Assembly: GCA_964016885.1 (NCBI GenBank)
Contig: OZ024740.1
Coordinates: 296,236,001-296,300,000, forward strand
Direction of reading: 5' to 3'
Length of the DNA stretch: 64,000 bases
From: Eledone cirrhosa
Lineage: Eukaryota
The notes below the pieces were generated by a model, which saw only the letters and a program-made list of their open reading frames with translations, did not search any database and was not told where the DNA came from. Shown in pieces: positions 39,101-55,900 of this stretch (position 1 is the first letter of the stretch; each line of letters starts with the position of its first letter). A program made the translations under genes and the position numbers.

Positions 39101-42100
39101 AAAATAAAAAATGGATCACCCAAATAAAAAATGGATCCCCCAAATAAAAAATGGATCCCCCAAATAAAAAATGGATCACCCAAATAAAAAATGGGCCCCC
39201 CCCCCAAAAAAAATGGATCACCCAAATAAAAAATGGATCACCCAAATAAAAAATGCATCCTCCAAATAAAAAATGGATCACCCAAATAAAAAATGGATCC
39301 TCCAAATAAAAAATGGATCACCCAAATAAAAAATGGATCACCCAAATAAAAAATGGATCACCCAAATCAAAAATGGATCCCCCAAACAAAAAATGGATCA
39401 CCCAAATAAAAAATGGATCCCCCACATAAAAAATGGATCACCCAAATAAAAAATGAATCACCCAAATAAAAAATGGATCACCCAAATAAAAAATGGATCC
39501 CCCCAAAAAAAAATGGATCACCCAAATAAAAAAATGGATCACCCAAATAAAAAATGGATCCATTTTTTATTTGGGTGATCCATTTTTTATTTGGGTGATC
39601 CATTTTTTATTTGGGTGATCCATTTTTTATTTGGGTGATCCATTTTTTATTTGGGGGATCCATTTTTTATTTGGGGGATCCATTTTTTATTTGGGGGATC
39701 CATTTTTTATTTGGGTGATCCATTTTTTATTTGGGTGATCCATTTTTTATTTGTGGGATCCATTTTATATTTGGGGGATCCATTTTTTATTTGGGGATCC
39801 ATTTTTTATTTGGGTGATCCATTTTTTATTTGGGTGATCCATTTTTTATTTGAGGGATCCATTTTTTATTTGGGGGATCCATTTTTTATTTGATGGATCT
39901 CCCAAATAAAAAATGGATCATCTAAATAAAAAATGGATCCCCCAAATAAAAAATGGATCACCCAAATAAAAAATGGAACACCCAAATAAAAAATGGATCC
40001 CCCAAATAAAAAATGGATCCCCCAAATAAAAAATGGATCCCCAAAATAAAAAATGGATCACCCAAATAAAAAATGGAGCCCCCAAATAAAAAATGGATCA
40101 CCCAAATTAAAACTGGTTCCCCCAAATAAAAAATGGATCACCCAAGTAAAAAATGGATCCCCCAAATAAAAAATGGATCCCCCAAATAAAAAATGGATCC
40201 TCCAAATAAAAAATGGATCACCCAAATAAAAAATGGATCCCCAAATAAAAAATGGATCCCCAAATAAAAAATGGATCCTCCAAATAAAAAATGGATCACC
40301 CAAATAAAAAATGGATCACCCAAATAAAAAATGGATCACCCAAATAAAAAATGGATCGCCCAAATAAAAAATGGATCCCCAAATAAAAAATGGATCACCC
40401 AAATAAAAAATGGATCCCCCAAATAAAAAATGGATCCCCCAAATAAAAAATGGATCACCCAAATAACAAATGGAACACCCAAATAAAAAATGGATCCCCC
40501 AAATAAAAAATGGATCACCCAAATAAAAAATGGATCACCCAAATAAAAAATGGATCCTCCAAATAAAAAATGGATCACCCAAATAAAAAATGTATCACCC
40601 AAATAAAAACTGGATCACCCAAATAAAAACTGGATCAGCCAAATAAAAAATGGATCGCCCAAATAAAAAATGGATCCCCCAAATAAAAAATGGATCACCC
40701 AAATGAAAAATGAATCACCCAAATAAAAAATGGATCCCTCAAATAAAGAATGGATCACTCAAATAAAAAATGGATCACCCAAATAAAAAATGGATCCCCC
40801 AAATAAAAAATGGATCACCCAAATAAAAAATGGATCACCCAAATAAAAAATGGATCCCCCAAATAAAAAATGGATCACCCAAATAAAAAATAAATCACCC
40901 AAATAAAAAATGGATCACCCAAATAAATAATTGATCCCCCAAATAAAAAATGGATCACCCAAATAAAAAATGGATCACCCAAATATAATATGGATCCCCC
41001 AAATAAAAAATGGATCCCCCAAATAAAAAATGGATCCCCCAAATAAAAAATGGATCCCCCAAATAAAAAATGGATCACCCAAATAAAAAATGGATCCCCA
41101 AATAAAAAATGGATCCCCAAATAAAAAATGGATCACCCAAATAAAAAATGGATCACCCAAATAAAAAATGGATCACCCAAATAAAAAATGGATCACCCAA
41201 ATAAAAAATGGATCGCCCAAATAAAAAATGGATCCCCAAATAAAAAATGGATCACCCAAATAAAAAATGGATCCCCCAAATAAAAAATGGATCCCCCAAA
41301 TAAAAAATGGATCACCCAAATAAAAAATGGACCCCCAAATAAAAAATGGATCACCCAAATAACAAATGGAACACCCAAATAAAAAATGGATCCCCCAAAT
41401 AAAAAATGGATCACCCAAATAAAAAATGGATCACCCAAATAAAAAATGGATCCTCCAAATAAAAAATGGATCACCCAAATAAAAAATGTATCACCCAAAT
41501 AAAAACTGGATCACCCAAATAAAAACTGGATCAGCCAAATAAAAAATGGATCGCCCAAATAAAAAATGGATCCCCCAAATAAAAAATGGATCACCCAAAT
41601 GAAAAATGAATCACCCAAATAAAAAATGGATCCCTCAAATAAAGAATGGATCACTCAAATAAAAAATGGATCACCCAAATAAAAAATGGATCACCCAAAT
41701 AAAAAATAAATCACCCAAATAAAAAATGGATCACCCAAATAAAAAATTGATCCCCCAAATAAAAAATGGATCACCCAAATAAAAAATGGATCACCCAAAT
41801 ATAATATGGATCCCCCAAATAAAAAATGGATCCCCCAAATAAAAAATTGATCACCCAAATAAAAAATGGATCCCCCAAATAAAAAAGGGATCCATTTTTT
41901 ATTTGGGTGATCCATTTTTTATTTGGGTGATCCATTCTTTATTTGGGGGATCAATTTTTTATTTGGGTGATCCATTTTTTATTTGGGAGATCCATCAAAT
42001 AAAAAATGGATTCCCCAAATAAAAAATGGATCCCTCAAATAAAAAATGGATCACCCAAATTAAAAATGGATACCCCTAATAAAAAATGGATCAACCAAAT

Positions 42101-45100
42101 AAAAAATGGATCACCCAAATAAAAAATGGATCACCCAAATAAAAAATGGATCCCCCAAATAAAAAATGGATCACCCAAATAAAAAATGGATCAGCCAAAT
42201 AAAAAATGTATCCCCCAAATAAAAAATGGATCACCCAAATAAAAAATGGATCACCTAAATAAAAAATGGATCACCCAAATGGAAAATGGATCACCCCCCA
42301 AAAAATGGACCGCCAAATAAAAAATGGATCCCCCAAATAAAAGATGGATCACCCAAATAAAAAATGGATCCCCCAAATAAAAAATGGATCCCCCAAATAA
42401 AAAATGGATCACCCAAATAAAAAATGGATCACCCAAATATAAAATGGATCCCCCAAATAAAAAATGGATCCCCCAAATAAAAAATGGATGCCCCAAATAA
42501 AAAATGGATCCACCAAATAAAAAATGGATCCCCCAAATAAAAAATGGATCGCCCAAATAAAAAATGGATCCCCCAAATAAAAAATGGATCACCCAAATAA
42601 AAAATGGATCCCCCAAATAAAAAATGGATCACCCAAATAAAAAATGGATCACCCAAATAAAAAATGGATCACCCAAATAAAAAATGGATCACCCAAATTA
42701 AAAATGGATACCCCAAATAAAAAATAGATCACCCAAATAAAAAATCGATCACCCAAATAAAAAATGGATCCCCCAAATAAAAAATGGATCACCAAATAAA
42801 AAATGGATCACCCAAATAAAAAATGGATCACCCAAATAAAAAATTGATCCCCCAAATAAAAAATGGATCCCCCAAATAAAAAATGGATCACCCAAATAAA
42901 AAATGGATCCCCCAAATTAAAAATGGATCCACCAAATAAAAAATGGATCACCGAAATAAAAAATGGATCCGCTAAATAAAAAAGGGATCCATTTTTTATT
43001 TGGGTGAACAATTTTTATTTGGGTGATCCATTTTTTATTTGGGGGATCCATTTTTTATTTGGGCGATCCATTTTTTATTTGGGGGATCCATTTTTTATTT
43101 GGGTGATCCATTTTTTATTTGGGTGATCCATTTTTTATTTGGGGGATCCATTTTTTGTTTGGGCGATCCATTTTTTATTTGGGGGATCCATTTTTTATTT
43201 GGGCGATCCATTTTTATTTGGGTGATCCATTTTTTATTTGGGTGATCCATTTTTTATTTGGGTGATCCATTTTTTATTTGGGGGATCCATTTTTTATTTG
43301 GGGGATCCATTTTTTATTTGGGGGATCCATTTTTTATTTGGGTGATCCATTTTTTATTTGGGTGATCCATTTTTTATTTGGAGGATCTTTTTTTATTTGG
43401 GTGATCCATTTTTTATTTGGAGGATGCATTTTTTATTTGGGTGATCCATTTTTTATTTGGGTGATCCATTTTTTATTTGGCGGATCCATTTTTTATTTGG
43501 GGGATCCATTTTTTATTTGGGAGATCCATCAAATAAAAAATGGATCCCCCAAATAAAAAATGGATCCCTCAAATAAAAAATGGATCACCCAAATACAAAA
43601 TGGATCACCCAAATGGAAAATGGATCACCCAAAAAAAAATGGACCCCCAAATAAAAAATGGATCCCCCAAATAAAAAATGGATCCACCAAATAAAAAATC
43701 GATCACCCAAATAAAAAATGGATCACCCAAATAAAAAATGGATCACCCAAATAAAAAATAGATCCCCCCAAATAAAAAATGGATCACCCAAATAAAAAAT
43801 GATCCTCCAAATAAAAAATGGATCCCCCAAATAAAAAATGGATCTCCCAAATAAAAAATGGATCCCCCAAATAAAAAATGGATCACCCAAATAAAAAATG
43901 GATCACCCAAATAAAAAATGGATCACCCAAATAAAAAATGGATCCCCCAAATAAAAAATGGATCAGCCAAATAAAAAATGGATCCCCCAAATAAAAAATG
44001 GATCATCCAAATAAAAAATGGATCATTCAAATAAAAAATGGATCACCCAAATAAAAAATGGATCCCACAAATAAAAAATGGATCACCCAAATAAAAAATG
44101 GATCACCCAAATAAAAAATGGATCCTCCAAATAAAAAATGGATCACCCAAATAAAAAATGGATCACCCAAATAAAAAATGAATCACCCAAATAAAAAATA
44201 GATCACCCAAATAAAAAATGGATCCCCCAAATAAAAAATGGATCACCCAAATAAAAAATGGATCCCTTTTTTATTTGGCGGATCCATTTTTTATTTGGGG
44301 GATACATTATCTATTTGGGTGATCCATTTTTTATTTGGGGGATCCAGTTTTTATTTGGGTGATCCATTTTTTATTTGGGGGATCCATTTTTTATTTGGGT
44401 GATCCATTCTTTATATGGTGATCCGATTTTTATTTGGGGGATCCATTTTTTATTTGATGGATCTCGCAAATAAAAAATGGATCACCCAAATAAAAAATGG
44501 ATCCCCCAAATAAAAAATGGATCACCCAAATAAAAAATGGATCACCCAAATAAAAAATGGATCCCCCAAATAAAGAATGGCTCACCCAAATAAAAAATGG
44601 ATCACCCAAATAAAAAATGGATCCCCCAAATAAAAAATGGATCACCCAAATAAAAAATGGATCAGCCAAATAAAAAATGGATCCCCCAAATAAAAAATGG
44701 ATCCCCCAAATAAAAAATGGATCACCCAAATAAAAAATGGATCACCCAAATAAAAAATGGATCACCCAAATCAAAAATGGATCCCCCAAACAAAAAATGG
44801 ATCACCCAAATAAAAAATGGATCCCCCACATAAAAAATGGATCACCCAAATAAAAAATGGATCACCCAAATAAAAAATGGATCACCCAAATAAAAAATGG
44901 ATCCCCCAAATAAAAAATGGATCACCCAAATAAAAAAATGGATCACCCAAATAAAAAATGGATCCCTTTTTTATTTGGGGGATCCATTTTTTATTTGAAG
45001 GATCCATTTTTTATTTGGGTGATCCATTTTTTATTTGGGTGATCCATTTTTTATTTGGGTGATCCATTTTTTATTTGGGTGATCCATTTTTTATTTGGGG

Positions 45101-45790
45101 GATCCATTTTTTATGTGGGGGATCCATTTTTTATTTGGGTGAACCATTTTTTATTTGGGTGATCCATTTTTTATTTGGGTGATCCATTTTTTATTTGTGG
45201 GATCCATTTTATATTTGGGGGATCCATTTTTTATTTGGGGATCCATTTTTTATTTGGGTGATCCATTTTTTATTTGGGTGATCCATTTTTTATTTGAGGG
45301 ATCCATTTTTTATTTGGGGGATCCATTTTTTATTTGATGGATCTCCCAAATAAAAAATGGATCATCCAAATATAAAATGGATCCCCCAAATAAAAAATGG
45401 ATCACCCAAATAAAAAATGGAACACCCAAATAAAAAATGGATCCCCCAAATAAAAAATGGATCCCCCAAATAAAAAATGGATCCCCAAAATAAAAAATGG
45501 ATCACCCAAATAAAAAATGGAGCCCCCAAATAAAAAATGGATCAACCAAATTAAAACTGGTTCCCCCAAATAAAAAATGGATCACCCAAGTAAAAAATGG
45601 ATCCCCCAAATAAAAAATGGATCCCCCAAATAAAAAATGGATCCCCCAAATAAAAAATGGATCACCCAAATAAAAAATGGATCCCCAAATAAAAAATGGA
45701 TCCCCAAATAAAAAATGGATCCTCCAAATAAAAAATGGATCACCCAAATAAAAAATGGATCACCCAAATAAAAAATGGATCACCCAAATA
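30190..45790. repeat. About 15.6-kb direct copy of ~450-16,140 (offset ~29.6-29.8 kb)
   Basis: Colinear pseudo-ORF pairs 797/30538, 3802/33623, 8888/38710, 12606/42251, 13633/43278, 14785/44430, 15857/45502. Differences are mostly whole-monomer indels. Confidence 0.9.
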
Positions 45791-48249
45791 AAAAATGGAT
45801 CGCCCAAATAAAAAATGGATCCCCAAATAAAAAATGGATCACCCAAATAAAAAATGGATCCCCCAAATAAAAAATGGATCCCCCAAATAAAAAATGGATC
45901 ACCCAAATAAAAAATGGACCCCCAAATAAAAAATGGATCACCCAAATAACAAATGGAACACCCAAATAAAAAATGGATCCCCCAAATAAAAAATGGATCA
46001 CCCAAATAAAAAATGGATCACCCAAATAAAAAATGGATCCTCCAAATAAAAAATGGATCACCCAAATAAAAAATGTATCACCCAAATAAAAACTGGATCA
46101 CCCAAATAAAAACTGGATCAGCCAAATAAAAAATGGATCGCCCAAATAAAAAATGGATCCCCCAAATAAAAAATGGATCACCCAAATGAAAAATGAATCA
46201 CCCAAATAAAAAATGGATCCCTCAAATAAAGAATGGATCACTCAAATAAAAAATGGATCACCCAAATAAAAAATGGATCCCCCAAATAAAAAATGGATCA
46301 CCCAAATAAAAAATGGATCACCCAAATAAAAAATGGATCCCCCAAATAAAAAATGGATCACCCAAATAAAAAATGGATCCCCCAAATAAAAAAGGATCAC
46401 CCAAATAAAAAATGGATCATTCAAATAAAAAATGGATCACCCAAATAAAAAATGGATCCCCCAAATAAAAAATGGATCTCCCAAATAAAAAATAAATCAC
46501 CCAAATAAAAAATGGATCACCCAAATAAAAAATTGATCCCCCAAATAAAAAATGGATCACCCAAATAAAAAATGGATCACCCAAATATAATATGGATCCC
46601 CCAAATAAAAAATGGATCCCCCAAATAAAAAATGGATCCCCCAAATAAAAAATGGATCCCCCAAATAAAAAATGGATCACCCAAATAAAAAATGGATCCC
46701 CAAATAAAAAATGGATCCCCAAATAAAAAATGGATCCTCCAAATAAAAAATGGATCACCCAAATAAAAAATGGATCACCCAAATAAAAAATGGATCACCC
46801 AAATAAAAAATGGATCGCCCAAATAAAAAATGGATCCCCAAATAAAAAATGGATCACCCAAATAAAAAATGGATCCCCCAAATAAAAAATGGATCCCCCA
46901 AATAAAAAATGGATCACCCAAATAAAAAATGGACCCCCAAATAAAAAATGGATCACCCAAATAACAAATGGAACACCCAAATAAAAAATGGATCCCCCAA
47001 ATAAAAAATGGATCACCCAAATAAAAAATGGATCACCCAAATAAAAAATGGATCCTCCAAATAAAAAATGGATCACCCAAATAAAAAATGTATCACCCAA
47101 ATAAAAACTGGATCACCCAAATAAAAACTGGATCAGCCAAATAAAAAATGGATCGCCCAAATAAAAAATGGATCCCCCAAATAAAAAATGGATCACCCAA
47201 ATGAAAAATGAATCACCCAAATAAAAAATGGATCCCTCAAATAAAGAATGGATCACTCAAATAAAAAATGGATCACCCAAATAAAAAATGGATCACCCAA
47301 ATAAAAAATAAATCACCCAAATAAAAAATGGATCACCCAAATAAAAAATTGATCCCCCAAATAAAAAATGGATCACCCAAATAAAAAATGGATCACCCAA
47401 ATAAAAAATGGATCCCTTTTTTATTTGGCGGATCCATTTTTTGGGGGGGGATCCATTATCTATTTGGGTGATCCATTTTATGTTTGGGGGATCCAGTTTT
47501 TATTTGGGTGATCCATTTTTTATTTGGGGGATCCATTTTTTATTTGGGTGATCCATTTTTTATTTGGTGATCCATTTTTTATTTGGGGGATCCATTTTTA
47601 TTTGGGTGATCCATTTTTTATTTGGTTGATCCATTTATTATTAGAGGTATCCATTTTTAATTTGGGTGATCCATTTTTTATTTGTGTGATCCATTTTTTA
47701 TATGAGGGATCCATTTTTTATTTGGGGGATCCATTTTTTATTTGATGGATGTCCCAAATAAAAAATGGATCACCCGAATAAAAAATGGATCCCCCAAATA
47801 AAAAATGGATCCCCCAAATAAAAAATGGATCCCCCAAATAAAAAATGGGTCACCCAAATAAAAAATGGATCACCCAAATAAAAAATGGATCGCCCAAATA
47901 AAAAATGGATCCAAAAAATAAAAAATGGATCACCCAAATAAAAAATGGATCCCCCAAATAAAAAATGGATCCCCCAAATAAAAAATGGATCACCCAAATA
48001 AAAAATGGGCCCCCCCCCCAAAAAAAATGGATCACCCAAATAAAAAATGGATCACCCAAATAAAAAATGCATCCTCCAAATAAAAAATGGATCACCCAAA
48101 TAAAAAATGGATCCTCCAAATAAAAAATGGATCACCCAAATAAAAAATGGATCACCCAAATAAAAAATGGATCACCCAAATCAAAAATGGATCCCCCAAA
48201 CAAAAAATGGATCACCCAAATAAAAAATGGATCCCCCACATAAAAAATG

Positions 48250-51200
48250 GATCACCCAAATAAAAAATGAATCACCCAAATAAAAAATGGATCACCCAAA
48301 TAAAAAATGGATCCCCCCAAAAAAAAATGGATCACCCAAATAAAAAAATGGATCACCCAAATAAAAAATGGATCCCTTTTTTATTTGGGGGATCCATTTT
48401 TTATTTGAAGGATCCATTTTTTATTTGGGTGATCCATTTTTTATTTGGGTGATCCATTTTTTATTTGGGTGATCCATTTTTTATTTGGGTGATCCATTTT
48501 TTATTTGGGGGATCCATTTTTTATTTGGGGGATCCATTTTTTATTTGGGGGATCCATTTTTTATTTGGGTGATCCATTTTTTATTTGGGTGATCCATTTT
48601 TTATTTGTGGGATCCATTTTATATTTGGGGGATCCATTTTTTATTTGGGGATCCATTTTTTATTTGGGTGATCCATTTTTTATTTGGGTGATCCATTTTT
48701 TATTTGAGGGATCCATTTTTTATTTGGGGGATCCATTTTTTATTTGATGGATCTCCCAAATAAAAAATGGATCATCCAAATAAAAAATGGATCCCCCAAA
48801 TAAAAAATGGATCACCCAAATAAAAAATGGAACACCCAAATAAAAAATGGATCCCCCAAATAAAAAATGGATCCCCCAAATAAAAATGGATCCCCAAAAT
48901 AAAAAATGGATCACCCAAATAAAAAATGGAGCCCCCAAATAAAAAATGGATCACCCAAATTAAAACTGGTTCCCCCAAATAAAAAATGGATCACCCAAGT
49001 AAAAAATGGATCCCCCAAATAAAAAATGGATCCCCCAAATAAAAAATGGATCCTCCAAATAAAAAATGCATCACCCAAATAAAAAATGGATCCCCAAATA
49101 AAAAATGGATCCCCAAATAAAAAATGGATCCTCCAAATAAAAAATGGATCACCCAAATAAAAAATGGATCACCCAAATAAAAAATGGATCACCCAAATAA
49201 AAAATGGATCGCCCAAATAAAAAATGGATCCCCAAATAAAAAATGGATCACCCAAATAAAAAATGGATCCCCCAAATAAAAAATGGATCCCCCAAATAAA
49301 AAATGGATCACCCAAATAAAAAATGGACCCCCAAATAAAAAATGGATCACCCAAATAACAAATGGAACACCCAAATAAAAAATGGATCCCCCAAATAAAA
49401 AATGGATCACCCAAATAAAAAATGGATCACCCAAATAAAAAATGGATCCTCCAAATAAAAAATGGATCACCCAAATAAAAAATGTATCACCCAAATAAAA
49501 ACTGGATCACCCAAATAAAAACTGGATCAGCCAAATAAAAAATGTATCGCCCAAATAAAAAATGGATCCCCCAAATAAAAAATGGATCACCCAAATGAAA
49601 AATGAATCACCCAAATAAAAAATGGATCCCTCAAATAAAGAATGGATCACTCAAATAAAAAATGGATCACCCAAATAAAAAATGGATCCCCCAAATAAAA
49701 AATGGATCACCCAAATAAAAAATGGATCACCCAAATAAAAAATGGATCCCCCAAATAAAAAATGGATCACCCAAATAAAAAATGGATCCCCCAAATAAAA
49801 AAGGATCACCCAAATAAAAAATGGATCATTCAAATAAAAAATGGATCACCCAAATAAAAAATGGATCCCCCAAATAAAAAATGGATCACCCAAATAAAAA
49901 ATAAATCACCCAAATAAAAAATGGATCACCCAAATAAATAATTGATCCCCCAAATAAAAAATGGATCACCCAAATAAAAAATGGATCACCCAAATATAAT
50001 ATGGATCCCCCAAATAAAAAATGGATCCCCCAAATAAAAAATGGATCCCCCAAATAAAAAATGGATCCCCCAAATAAAAAATGGATCACCCAAATAAAAA
50101 ATGGATCCCCAAATAAAAAATGGATCCCCAAATAAAAAATGGATCCTCCAAATAAAAAATGGATCACCCAAATAAAAAATGGATCACCCAAATAAAAAAT
50201 GGATCACCCAAATAAAAAATGGATCGCCCAAATAAAAAATGGATCCCCAAATAAAAAATGGATCACCCAAATAAAAAATGGATCCCCCAAATAAAAAATG
50301 GATCCCCCAAATAAAAAATGGATCACCCAAATAAAAAATGGACCCCCAAATAAAAAATGGATCACCCAAATAACAAATGGAACACCCAAATAAAAAATGG
50401 ATCCCCCAAATAAAAAATGGATCACCCAAATAAAAAATGGATCACCCAAATAAAAAATGGATCCTCCAAATAAAAAATGGATCACCCAAATAAAAAATGT
50501 ATCACCCAAATAAAAACTGGATCACCCAAATAAAAACTGGATCAGCCAAATAAAAAATGGATCGCCCAAATAAAAAATGGATCCCCCAAATAAAAAATGG
50601 ATCACCCAAATAAAAAATGAATCACCCAAATAAAAAATGGATCACCCAAATAAAAAATGGATCCCCCCCAAAAAAAATGGATCACCCAAATAAAAAAATG
50701 GATCACCCAAATAAAAAATGGATCCCTTTTTTATTTGGGGGATCCATTTTTTATTTGAAGGATCCATTTTTTATTTGGGTGATCCATTTTTTATTTGGGT
50801 GATCCATTTTTTATTTGGGTGATCCATTTTTTATTTGGGTGATCCATTTTTTATTTGGGGGATCCATTTTTTATTTGGGGGATCCATTTTTTATTTGGGG
50901 GATCCATTTTTTATTTGGGTGATCCATTTTTTATTTGGGTGATCCATTTTTTATTTGTGGGATCCATTTTATATTTGGGGGATCCATTTTTTATTTGGGG
51001 ATCCATTTTTTATTTGGGTGATCCATTTTTTATTTGGGTGATCCATTTTTTATTTGAGGGATCCATTTTTTATTTGGGGGATCCATTTTTTATTTGATGG
51101 ATCTCCCAAATAAAAAATGGATCATCCAAATAAAAAATGGATCCCCCAAATAAAAAATGGATCACCCAAATAAAAAATGGAACACCCAAATAAAAAATGG

Positions 51201-52950
51201 ATCCCCCAAATAAAAAATGGATCCCCCAAATAAAAAATGGATCCCCAAAATAAAAAATGGATCACCCAAATAAAAAATGGAGCCCCCAAATAAAAAATGG
51301 ATCACCCAAATTAAAACTGGTTCCCCCAAATAAAAAATGGATCACCCAAGTAAAAAATGGATCCCCCAAATAAAAAATGGATCCCCCAAATAAAAAATGG
51401 ATCCTCCAAATAAAAAATGCATCACCCAAATAAAAAATGGATCCCCAAATAAAAAATGGATCCCCAAATAAAAAATGGATCCTCCAAATAAAAAATGGAT
51501 CACCCAAATAAAAAATGGATCACCCAAATAAAAAATGGATCACCCAAATAAAAAATGGATCGCCCAAATAAAAAATGGATCCCCAAATAAAAAATGGATC
51601 ACCCAAATAAAAAATGGATCCCCCAAATAAAAAATGGATCCCCCAAATAAAAAATGGATCACCCAAATAAAAAATGGACCCCCAAATAAAAAATGGATCA
51701 CCCAAATAACAAATGGAACACCCAAATAAAAAATGGATCCCCCAAATAAAAAATGGATCACCCAAATAAAAAATGGATCACCCAAATAAAAAATGGATCC
51801 TCCAAATAAAAAATGGATCACCCAAATAAAAAATGTATCACCCAAATAAAAACTGGATCACCCAAATAAAAACTGGATCAGCCAAATAAAAAATGTATCG
51901 CCCAAATAAAAAATGGATCCCCCAAATAAAAAATGGATCACCCAAATGAAAAATGAATCACCCAAATAAAAAATGGATCCCTCAAATAAAGAATGGATCA
52001 CTCAAATAAAAAATGGATCACCCAAATAAAAAATGGATCCCCCAAATAAAAAATGGATCACCCAAATAAAAAATGGATCACCCAAATAAAAAATGGATCC
52101 CCCAAATAAAAAATGGATCACCCAAATAAAAAATGGATCCCCCAAATAAAAAAGGATCACCCAAATAAAAAATGGATCATTCAAATAAAAAATGGATCAC
52201 CCAAATAAAAAATGGATCCCCCAAATAAAAAATGGATCACCCAAATAAAAAATAAATCACCCAAATAAAAAATGGATCACCCAAATAAATAATTGATCCC
52301 CCAAATAAAAAATGGATCACCCAAATAAAAAATGGATCACCCAAATATAATATGGATCCCCCAAATAAAAAATGGATCCCCCAAATAAAAAATGGATCCC
52401 CCAAATAAAAAATGGATCCCCCAAATAAAAAATGGATCACCCAAATAAAAAATGGATCCCCAAATAAAAAATGGATCCCCAAATAAAAAATGGATCCTCC
52501 AAATAAAAAATGGATCACCCAAATAAAAAATGGATCACCCAAATAAAAAATGGATCACCCAAATAAAAAATGGATCGCCCAAATAAAAAATGGATCCCCA
52601 AATAAAAAATGGATCACCCAAATAAAAAATGGATCCCCCAAATAAAAAATGGATCCCCCAAATAAAAAATGGATCACCCAAATAAAAAATGGACCCCCAA
52701 ATAAAAAATGGATCACCCAAATAACAAATGGAACACCCAAATAAAAAATGGATCCCCCAAATAAAAAATGGATCACCCAAATAAAAAATGGATCACCCAA
52801 ATAAAAAATGGATCCTCCAAATAAAAAATGGATCACCCAAATAAAAAATGTATCACCCAAATAAAAACTGGATCACCCAAATAAAAACTGGATCAGCCAA
52901 ATAAAAAATGGATCGCCCAAATAAAAAATGGATCCCCCAAATAAAAAATG
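48250..52950. repeat. Tandem duplication with ~2350-bp period
   Basis: Offsets 48505/50855, 48911/51262, 50184/52535. Private variants ATGCATCACCC (~49066/51417) and ATGTATCGCC (~49542/51893) are shared by these two copies. Confidence 0.88.
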
Positions 52951-55900
52951 GATCACCCAAATGAAAAATGAATCACCCAAATAAAAAATGGATCCCTCAA
53001 ATAAAGAATGGATCACTCAAATAAAAAATGGATCACCCAAATAAAAAATGGATCACCCAAATAAAAAATAAATCACCCAAATAAAAAATGGATCACCCAA
53101 ATAAAAAATTGATCCCCCAAATAAAAAATGGATCACCCAAATAAAAAATGGATCACCCAAATATAATATGGATCCCCCAAATAAAAAATGGATCCCCCAA
53201 ATAAAAAATTGATCACCCAAATAAAAAATGGATCCCCCAAATAAAAAAGGGATCCATTTTTTATTTGGGTGATCCATTTTTTATTTGGGTGATCCATTCT
53301 TTATTTGGGGGATCAATTTTTTATTTGGGTGATCCATTTTTTATTTGGGAGATCCATCAAATAAAAAATGGATTCCCCAAATAAAAAATGGATCCCTCAA
53401 ATAAAAAATGGATCACCCAAATAAAAAATGGATCACCCAAATTAAAAATGGATACCCCTAATAAAAAATGGATCAACCAAATAAAAAATGGATCACCCAA
53501 ATAAAAAATGGATCACCCAAATAAAAAATGGATCCCCCAAATAAAAAATGGATCACCCAAATAAAAAATGGATCAGCCAAATAAAAAATGTATCCCCCAA
53601 ATAAAAAATGGATCACCCAAATAAAAAATGGATCACCTAAATAAAAAATGGATCACCCAAATGGAAAATGGATCACCCCCCAAAAAATGGACCGCCAAAT
53701 AAAAAATGGATCCCCCAAATAAAAGATGGATCACCCAAATAAAAAATGGATCCCCCAAATAAAAAATGGATCCCCCAAATAAAAAATGGATCACCCAAAT
53801 AAAAAATGGATCACCCAAATATAAAATGGATCCCCCAAATAAAAAATGGATCCCCCAAATAAAAAATGGATGCCCCAAATAAAAAATGGATCCACCAAAT
53901 AAAAAATGGATCCCCCAAATAAAAAATGGATCGCCCAAATAAAAAATGGATCCCCCAAATAAAAAATGGATCACCCAAATAAAAAATGGATCCCCCAAAT
54001 AAAAAATGGATCACCCAAATAAAAAATGGATCACCCAAATAAAAAATGGATCACCCAAATAAAAAATGGATCACCCAAATTAAAAATGGATACCCCAAAT
54101 AAAAAATAGATCACCCAAATAAAAAATCGATCACCCAAATAAAAAATGGATCCCCCAAATAAAAAATGGATCACCAAATAAAAAATGGATCACCCAAATA
54201 AAAAATGGATCACCCAAATAAAAAATTGATCCCCCAAATAAAAAATGGATCCCCCAAATAAAAAATGGATCACCCAAATAAAAAATGGATCGCCCAAATA
54301 AAAAATGGATCCCCAAATAAAAAATGGATCACCCAAATAAAAAATGGATCCCCCAAATAAAAAATGGATCCCCCAAATAAAAAATGGATCACCCAAATAA
54401 AAAATGGACCCCCAAATAAAAAATGGATCACCCAAATAACAAATGGAACACCCAAATAAAAAATGGATCCCCCAAATAAAAAATGGATCACCCAAATAAA
54501 AAATGGATCACCCAAATAAAAAATGGATCCTCCAAATAAAAAATGGATCACCCAAATAAAAAATGTATCACCCAAATAAAAACTGGATCACCCAAATAAA
54601 AACTGGATCAGCCAAATAAAAAATGGATCGCCCAAATAAAAAATGGATCCCCCAAATAAAAAATGGATCACCCAAATGAAAAATGAATCACCCAAATAAA
54701 AAATGGATCCCTCAAATAAAGAATGGATCACTCAAATAAAAAATGGATCACCCAAATAAAAAATGGATCCCCCAAATAAAAAATGGATCACCCAAATAAA
54801 AAATGGATCACCCAAATAAAAAATGGATCCCCCAAATAAAAAATGGATCACCCAAATAAAAAATGGATCCCCCAAATAAAAAAGGATCACCCAAATAAAA
54901 AATGGATCATTCAAATAAAAAATGGATCACCCAAATAAAAAATGGATCCCCCAAATAAAAAATGGATCACCCAAATAAAAAATAAATCACCCAAATAAAA
55001 AATGGATCACCCAAATAAAAAATTGATCCCCCAAATAAAAAATGGATCACCCAAATAAAAAATGGATCACCCAAATATAATATGGATCCCCCAAATAAAA
55101 AATGGATCCCCCAAATAAAAAATGGATCCCCCAAATAAAAAATGGATCCCCCAAATAAAAAATGGATCACCCAAATAAAAAATGGATCCCCAAATAAAAA
55201 ATGGATCCCCAAATAAAAAATGGATCCTCCAAATAAAAAATGGATCACCCAAATAAAAAATGGATCACCCAAATAAAAAATGGATCACCCAAATAAAAAA
55301 TGGATCGCCCAAATAAAAAATGGATCCCCAAATAAAAAATGGATCACCCAAATAAAAAATGGATCCCCCAAATAAAAAATGGATCCCCCAAATAAAAAAT
55401 GGATCACCCAAATAAAAAATGGACCCCCAAATAAAAAATGGATCACCCAAATAACAAATGGAACACCCAAATAAAAAATGGATCCCCCAAATAAAAAATG
55501 GATCACCCAAATAAAAAATGGATCACCCAAATAAAAAATGGATCCTCCAAATAAAAAATGGATCACCCAAATAAAAAATGTATCACCCAAATAAAAACTG
55601 GATCACCCAAATAAAAACTGGATCAGCCAAATAAAAAATGGATCGCCCAAATAAAAAATGGATCCCCCAAATAAAAAATGGATCACCCAAATGAAAAATG
55701 AATCACCCAAATAAAAAATGGATCCCTCAAATAAAGAATGGATCACTCAAATAAAAAATGGATCACCCAAATAAAAAATGGATCACCCAAATAAAAAATA
55801 AATCACCCAAATAAAAAATGGATCACCCAAATAAAAAATTGATCCCCCAAATAAAAAATGGATCACCCAAATAAAAAATGGATCACCCAAATATAATATG